DNA of 52,877 nt, taken from Desulfobacterales bacterium (GTDB lineage: Bacteria > Desulfobacterota > Desulfobacteria > Desulfobacterales > UBA5852). Under the pieces are notes generated by a model. That model was not told the DNA's origin. It saw only the letters and a list, made by a program, of their open reading frames with translations, and did not search any database. Both the position numbers and the translations under genes were made by a program. The DNA lies in NCBI GenBank assembly GCA_030065585.1, contig JASJED010000001.1:1-52877 (forward strand), in the 5' to 3' direction. Numbering within the stretch: the stretch's first letter is position 1; the number at the start of each line of letters is the position of its first letter. This document shows, one piece after another, positions 47,748 to 52,877 of the stretch.

Positions 47748-48605
47748 ATGAGGAGACGTCGCTATCTCTACTTCCCGGGATGCCAGCTAAACGCCCGGCT
47801 GCCGCAATATGACCGTTCGGTGCGTACCATCATGGCGCAGTTCGATGTGATGCTGGACGACCGCGAGATGAACTGCTGCGGCTACCCCGTGCGGCATCAG
47901 GATTTGACGGCTTCGGTGCTGGCCGCGGCCCGCAACCTGGCCCTGGCCGCCCGGAAAGAGCTGGCCCTGATGACACCCTGCCAGTGCTGCTTCGGCAACC
48001 TCAAGCATGCGAATTACTGGCTGCGCCAGAGGCCCGACCTGCGCCGCGACGTCAATGCGATCCTGAAAAACGAGGGCCTGAGATGGACCGACGGGGTGCG
48101 CGTGTATCACCTGTTGTCCGTATTGACCGATGATATCGGCCTGCCATCCATCCGGGATCGCATCACGCGCCCGCTTGGCGATCTCAAGATCGCGGCCCAT
48201 TACGGCTGCCATGCGCTGCGGCCCGGACCTGTGGTCCGGTTCGACAACCCCCTGGCCCCCAGCCTGTTCGAGAAGCTGGTGGAAGCCACCGGCGCCACGG
48301 CCGTGGACTGGCCCCTGCGACTGGAGTGCTGCGGCCACCCGCAGTGGGGGAAAAATGATCGCCTGTCGCTTGCGCTCATGGCCCGCAAAATCGATGATGC
48401 GCAGCAGGCCGGTGCCCAGCTGCTGACGACTGCCTGCACCTACTGCCAGATGCAGTTTGAGGCCGTCCGCGCGGATCAGGACCGGGAGCATTGCGCCGGC
48501 GATGCTTTACCGGCGGTTCTCTACACGCAGCTTCTAGGCCGGGCGATGGGACTGCCGGATGAGCAGCTGGGCATTGCCGTCAACCCCATCCAACCGTGCG
48601 GGTAA
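47748..48605 (+). CDS. HdrB-like protein with two CCG cysteine-rich domains
   Basis: Track ORF 47661..48605 trimmed to MRRRRYLYFPGC after GGGGGAGG. Contains YFPGC...NCCGYP and HYGCH...LECCGHP...CTYCQ. Confidence 0.85.
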   Translation: MRRRRYLYFPGCQLNARLPQYDRSVRTIMAQFDVMLDDREMNCCGYPVRHQDLTASVLAAARNLALAARKELALMTPCQCCFGNLKHANYWLRQRPDLRRDVNAILKNEGLRWTDGVRVYHLLSVLTDDIGLPSIRDRITRPLGDLKIAAHYGCHALRPGPVVRFDNPLAPSLFEKLVEATGATAVDWPLRLECCGHPQWGKNDRLSLALMARKIDDAQQAGAQLLTTACTYCQMQFEAVRADQDREHCAGDALPAVLYTQLLGRAMGLPDEQLGIAVNPIQPCG

Positions 48606-48755
48606 AACGGATTTGTTCTTACCAGCCTAGCGTTTGGGATTTTTCCTGGGCAGGCTGCCCGCATTCACCCGGACCATGATAAACCAGCATTGATCGGGCA
48701 TGATGAAGGCGCATCCGGGCCGCGGCCCCAAATGCACCCACCGGGCACAAGTCCG

Positions 48756-49559
48756 TCAGGACGGATCGGCATCCGCTTTTGGTTTGAATTCACCCTGCTT
48801 GAAGAGAATGAATTTCAGCCAGCGCATGCCGAAATTGAGCAATTCAACCTCGTCGTCCTTGATCTTGGCCAGCGTCTGCGCATCGATATCGTAGCGATCC
48901 AGAAAAGAGCTTTCGAAAACGAACTGGCGGAATTTGTCGAGGTTGTAGCTCGAAAGGAAGAACATTTGCTTGCTCTGGTCGGTGAGCTTGATGTTGGGGG
49001 GAAAGGAGCGCTTACGCACCACCAGGTCGGTCCACTCGGCATTGATCTCGTCGTGCCGATCCACACCCTGATCATGTCGCCATTCGGCCACCGACCATTC
49101 CTGATCCTCTTCAAACCCCTTGCAGTGCGGTTCGTTAACGAAGAAGTAAAACCCCTCGTCGTCGGCGTCCTCCTTGTGCATCAGGGAGGCCACGCCCAGG
49201 GGGTAGTAGCGGCAGGTCGTGGGGCGGTCTTCGTAAACGATGCAGCCGTCGTCACGCACGAAGGGGCAGGATTGCTGGTCGTCGTCGAGCAGCTTGAGGG
49301 TCACGATCGGCAGATCGGTCTTCTCCATGATGTGCGGTTCGGTGTAGATCGCCAGGAATTCCTCGGAAGACAGCCCCAGCCGATTTTTTAGACGGATAAT
49401 ATCATAGGGGGTCAGGGTAATGTTGATGCCCCGGCAGCACTTGGTAAAACAGGATATTTCCGGATGGCATTTGAATTTAAACTGGCTTTTCAAGCCCACC
49501 CGCATCGGGGCGATCCGGGCCATGGCGTCGTTGGTCTCGTTGGTGTCGTTATCGGTCAT
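48756..49559 (-). CDS. YkgJ-family (UPF0153) cysteine-cluster protein
   Basis: CHPEISCFTKCCRG (CxxxxxCxxxCC) and CPFV..DGCIVYEDRPTTCRYYP are typical of the YkgJ family. The start is uncertain (49559, 49673 or internal). Confidence 0.7.
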   Translation of the reverse strand: MTDNDTNETNDAMARIAPMRVGLKSQFKFKCHPEISCFTKCCRGINITLTPYDIIRLKNRLGLSSEEFLAIYTEPHIMEKTDLPIVTLKLLDDDQQSCPFVRDDGCIVYEDRPTTCRYYPLGVASLMHKEDADDEGFYFFVNEPHCKGFEEDQEWSVAEWRHDQGVDRHDEINAEWTDLVVRKRSFPPNIKLTDQSKQMFFLSSYNLDKFRQFVFESSFLDRYDIDAQTLAKIKDDEVELLNFGMRWLKFILFKQGEFKPKADADPS

Positions 49560-49860
49560 CGGGTCCGTAAATCCTCCAGGTTTGATTTTCCAAGGGACGG
49601 CCGAACCGGCCCTGGATTTAAAAGCCTCTTCATTATCTGGAAAGACCGGGCAAGTCAAACCGGGTCGATCCATGTTCCGCCGGGCAGCGGCAGGATAAGG
49701 CTTGATTTAACCACCCAGCATGCTATGAAATTTAATTTCTGAAAACATGCGATCGGTTCGATCGATTGGCAAATCAGCCCCACCCGCCTGGAGCGCAACC
49801 TGTTGCGGTGCATCTCGATCTGAACGGGAAAAACGCCCCAACCCTGCATAGGAGGACGTT

Positions 49861-50922
49861 ATGGATATCACCATAACCAAGGCCGCTTCTTTAAAGCCCA
49901 AGCCGGATGACCACCATCTGGGATTTGGGACCCATTTTACGGATCACATGTTCAATATGGATTACAATCCGGACCTGGGCTGGCATCAGGCGCGCATCGA
50001 AGCCTACACCCCCATCGCCATGGATCCCGCCACCATGGTGCTACATTACGGGCAGGGGGTCTTTGAAGGGCTTAAAGCCTACCACACGGCCTCCGGCGGC
50101 ATCCAGCTTTTCCGTCCCCGGGAAAATATGAAGCGGCTGAACAAATCCTGCCGGCTGCTCTGCATCCCCACCTTCGATGAAGCCTTCATGATGGAAGCCC
50201 TGAAAGCGCTGCTGCAGGTCGAATGCGACTGGGTGCCCACGGCGCCCGAGACCTCGCTTTACATTCGCCCGACCATTCTGGCCATGGATCCTTATCTGGG
50301 CGTGAGGGCCTCGCACACCTATCGCTTATTCGTGATCCTCTCACCGGTGGGCGCCTATTATGCCGAGGGTTTCAACCCGATCAAGATCATGGTCACCAAG
50401 GAGCATGTAAGGGCCGTGCGCGGTGGGGTCGGCGAAGCCAAGACCTTGGGCAACTACGCCGCCAGTCTGCTGGCCGGCGACAAGGCCCAGCGGGCCGGCT
50501 ACACCCAGGTCCTCTGGCTGGACGGCGTGGAGCAGAAGTATATTGAAGAGGTGGGCTCCATGAACATCTTCTTCATGATTGGTGACGAACTTATCACCCC
50601 GGCACTGAACGGCAGCATCCTGCCGGGAATTACCCGTGATTCGGTCTTGGCCCTGGGAAAACAATGGGGCTTGAAGGTTTCCGAACGTGACATCACCATC
50701 GACGAGGTGATCGCCGCGCATGCTTCGGGAGCACTTCAGGAAATTTTCGGCTCGGGCACGGCGGCGGTGATTTCGCCGGTCGGCGAACTACGCTTCGAAG
50801 AGAATGTGCTGGAAATCGGGGGTGGTCGCGTGGGCCCCATGGCCCAGAAATTCTTTGATGCCATCACCGCGATTCAATACGGCCAGGCGGAAGATCCCCT
50901 GGGCTGGATTGTACAGGTTTAA
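49861..50922 (+). CDS. ilvE: branched-chain amino acid aminotransferase
   Basis: GFGTHFTDHMF, HYGQGVFEGLKAY, LYIRP, GEAKTLGNYAASL and EEVGSMNIFF are class-IV BCAT motifs. GGAGGA RBS. Confidence 0.9.
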   Translation: MDITITKAASLKPKPDDHHLGFGTHFTDHMFNMDYNPDLGWHQARIEAYTPIAMDPATMVLHYGQGVFEGLKAYHTASGGIQLFRPRENMKRLNKSCRLLCIPTFDEAFMMEALKALLQVECDWVPTAPETSLYIRPTILAMDPYLGVRASHTYRLFVILSPVGAYYAEGFNPIKIMVTKEHVRAVRGGVGEAKTLGNYAASLLAGDKAQRAGYTQVLWLDGVEQKYIEEVGSMNIFFMIGDELITPALNGSILPGITRDSVLALGKQWGLKVSERDITIDEVIAAHASGALQEIFGSGTAAVISPVGELRFEENVLEIGGGRVGPMAQKFFDAITAIQYGQAEDPLGWIVQV

Positions 50923-51066
50923 CGAGCCACCGCCGCATCCCGGGTGAGCGTATCCTCCTTTGAAACCGAGCGCCGACCGCTTTTCGTTCCCCAAACCACG
51001 GCGAAAGGACCTGCCGTCTGGTCATGGCGTTCAATATCCAGGCCACCCCTCAAAACAGGAGCCGCC

Positions 51067-52446
51067 ATGACGAACCGCTATCCCCACCTGAATCTGTTCG
51101 AAGCCAAAATGGCGGCCGAGCAACTGGGCGGCATGGTGATCGAAACTTTCAAGCACTACTACCGCGAGGTGGTCGAGGGGGCCACCGGTCTTATTCCCGA
51201 CGACACCATCCGCCCGCCCACCAGGGATGAGGTGCTAGTGGCCGGCGAATTGAAGCCATTTGCGGAAGACGGCCGCCGCGCCCTCCCGCACGCCGTCAGA
51301 ATTACCCTCAACGGCGGGCTGGGCACCAGCATGGGGCTCATCGGGCCTAAATCCTTGCTGCCGGTCCGGGAAAATTTGACCTTTATCGACATCATTATGC
51401 GTCAGGCCCAGAGCGGTGCGATTCGACAGGTCTTCATGAACAGCTTCACCACCGACGGCCCCACCCGGACGGCCCTCTCGGTCATTGCGCGCCAAGCCCC
51501 GCCGCTGACCTTTGTGCAGAACAAATTCCCTAAAATACTGCAGGACAGCCTCAAACCGGCCGACTGGCCGCAGGCACCGGCCCTCGAATGGAATCCCCCC
51601 GGCCACGGCGACATCTTCACGGCCATCGAGACCTCCGGCGTGCTGGACCGTCTGCTGAAGGACGGATGCCGCTATGCCCTGATCTGCAATTCCGACAATC
51701 TAGGCGCCACCCTCGACATGTCGCTGCTGGGATTCATGGCCGCCAACGACGTTCCCTTCATCATGGAAGTCGCGCGTCGAACCCCCGCCGACGCCAAGGG
51801 CGGCCATCTGGCCGTCCGTACGAAGGGGGGACTGATCCTGAGGGAATCGGCCCAGTTTCCCGCCAACAGCGACGGCGGCGATATCGAGCGGTATGCCTTC
51901 TTCAATACCAACAATTTGTGGGTCAACCTCCCCGATCTAAAGAAGTTGATTGCCGCCCAGGGTACCATTCAGCTGCCCTTGATCCTGAACCCCAAGACAT
52001 TGGATCCCCGCGACGCCGCTAGTCCCGCGGTTTTTCAGATCGAATCCGCCATGGGGGCCGCCATTGGGCTGTTCGCCGGTGCCCGCGCCGTTCTCGTACC
52101 GCGTCAGCGCTTTTTCCCGGTCAAACAATGCAGTGATCTACTGATTGTGCGATCCGACTGTTTTACGCTTAACCACCAGTTCCAGCTGGAAATCAACCCG
52201 CAGAAAAAAACCGCGGGCCCCCTGGTCAGCCTCGATCCCGCCTACTACCGCCATATCGACCAGTTCGAAGCTCGCTTTCCAGCAGGCGTGCCGTCACTGC
52301 TGGCCTGTGAACAGCTGACCGTCAAAGGAGACATCCGCTTTGAAAGCCCGGTAACCATCGAAGGCCGGGTATGCTTGACCAATCCGGAGGGATCGCAGAA
52401 AGTTATCCAGGCAGGCCGCGTGATTAACGCGGACCTCACATTGTAA
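51067..52446 (+). CDS. UTP--glucose-1-phosphate uridylyltransferase, eukaryotic-type UDPGP family
   Basis: Track ORF 50944..52446 trimmed to MTNRYPHLNLFEAK after AGGAG. LNGGLGTSMG, WNPPGHGDIF, NSDNLGAT and KGG motifs are characteristic of UDPGP type 1 enzymes. Confidence 0.85.
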   Translation: MTNRYPHLNLFEAKMAAEQLGGMVIETFKHYYREVVEGATGLIPDDTIRPPTRDEVLVAGELKPFAEDGRRALPHAVRITLNGGLGTSMGLIGPKSLLPVRENLTFIDIIMRQAQSGAIRQVFMNSFTTDGPTRTALSVIARQAPPLTFVQNKFPKILQDSLKPADWPQAPALEWNPPGHGDIFTAIETSGVLDRLLKDGCRYALICNSDNLGATLDMSLLGFMAANDVPFIMEVARRTPADAKGGHLAVRTKGGLILRESAQFPANSDGGDIERYAFFNTNNLWVNLPDLKKLIAAQGTIQLPLILNPKTLDPRDAASPAVFQIESAMGAAIGLFAGARAVLVPRQRFFPVKQCSDLLIVRSDCFTLNHQFQLEINPQKKTAGPLVSLDPAYYRHIDQFEARFPAGVPSLLACEQLTVKGDIRFESPVTIEGRVCLTNPEGSQKVIQAGRVINADLTL

Positions 52447-52639
52447 TCCGCAATTTCGAAGACGGCACAATGCGCTTAGCATGACGGGAAGCGATCCACC
52501 CCCGCCCAGCGCCGTTTCCAAGACCGGCAGGCAAGGAACCACCGCCAGCCGATAACCACGATCACCCCATCCGTTTGACTGGCCGGCACGGCAAACGGCA
52601 AGGGACAACGGTTTGTAGAAGGGATCCCCGCTAGGCTCC

Positions 52640-52877
52640 ATGGAACAGAGCCCCGCCACCGGCACCCGCCAGCTAATGACCCGCGGCGACGCTGTGCGCT
52701 TTGAACTCAAACTGCCGGCGGCGGCCGACGGTAGCGCCTGGCTGCGCACCAACTTAGGCCAGGCGGCCACCACGCGCGAGGAAATCATTCAGGCCGTGGA
52801 GCAAGATCAGGCGCCCCGGGCGCATGACTGGTATGATCTGCCCATGCGCCGGCTGGATGATCGGCGTTTTAGGATTG
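52640..52877 (+). CDS. partial ORF (5' end only), possibly the N-terminus of a glycogen-debranching-type enzyme
   Basis: My own translation from the ATG at 52640 gives MEQSPATGTRQLMTRGDAVRFELKLPAAADGSAWLRTNLGQAATTREEIIQAVEQDQAPRAHDWYDLPMRRLDDRRFRI. It is open to the window end. The functional guess rests on weak recollection and the neighbouring UGPase. Confidence 0.35.
   Translation, partial: MEQSPATGTRQLMTRGDAVRFELKLPAAADGSAWLRTNLGQAATTREEIIQAVEQDQAPRAHDWYDLPMRRLDDRRFRI

Overview
The window looks like a fairly GC-rich chromosomal segment from a deltaproteobacterial (Desulfobacterales-like) sulfate reducer, and it is almost fully coding. All calls rest on reading the supplied translations and the DNA by eye; no searches or computations were run.

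Gene content, left to right:
- A partial zinc-ribbon protein, a SAM methyltransferase, a GNAT acetyltransferase and a hypothetical protein.
- An NtrC-family response regulator with a degenerate AAA+ core, next to an RND efflux pair (adaptor plus pump, no outer-membrane factor).
- A zinc-ribbon/PAS/GAF/PilZ protein.
- A visibly more AT-rich stretch (about 11.5-14.8 kb) with two PEP-CTERM-tailed exported proteins, a lone MlaC-like protein and an apparent aldehyde dehydrogenase remnant.
- pabA and a fused pabB-pabC.
- moaB, pyrR, mobA, a MoaE-like gene and moaC.
- rmuC, mltA and tatA-tatC.
- A dynamin-like GTPase and a tetraheme cytochrome c3.
- The dissimilatory sulfite reductase operon dsrA-dsrB-dsrD-dsrN on the minus strand, preceded by a tightly coupled TPR gene and an unassignable 388-aa gene.
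- A DapA-family gene.
- A DeoR-regulated glycerol-type ABC transporter (two ATPases, two permeases, a DUF2160 mini-protein and a large binding protein).
- Divergent from that transporter, glpA-glpB followed by a membrane-anchored, split HdrC/HdrB-like module in place of a normal GlpC.
- A YkgJ-type Cys-cluster protein, ilvE, a eukaryotic-type UDP-glucose pyrophosphorylase and a partial ORF at the right edge.

I saw no rRNA, tRNA, CRISPR array, transposase or integrase.

The most interesting items:
- The uncharacterised gene pair glued to the dsr operon.
- The membrane-anchored GlpC replacement, which carries a CxxCH motif.
- The degenerate enhancer-binding protein.
- The PilZ sensor with an internal C9 tract.
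- A long terminator-bearing leader upstream of pabA.

I cannot point to a clear-cut new multi-gene system.
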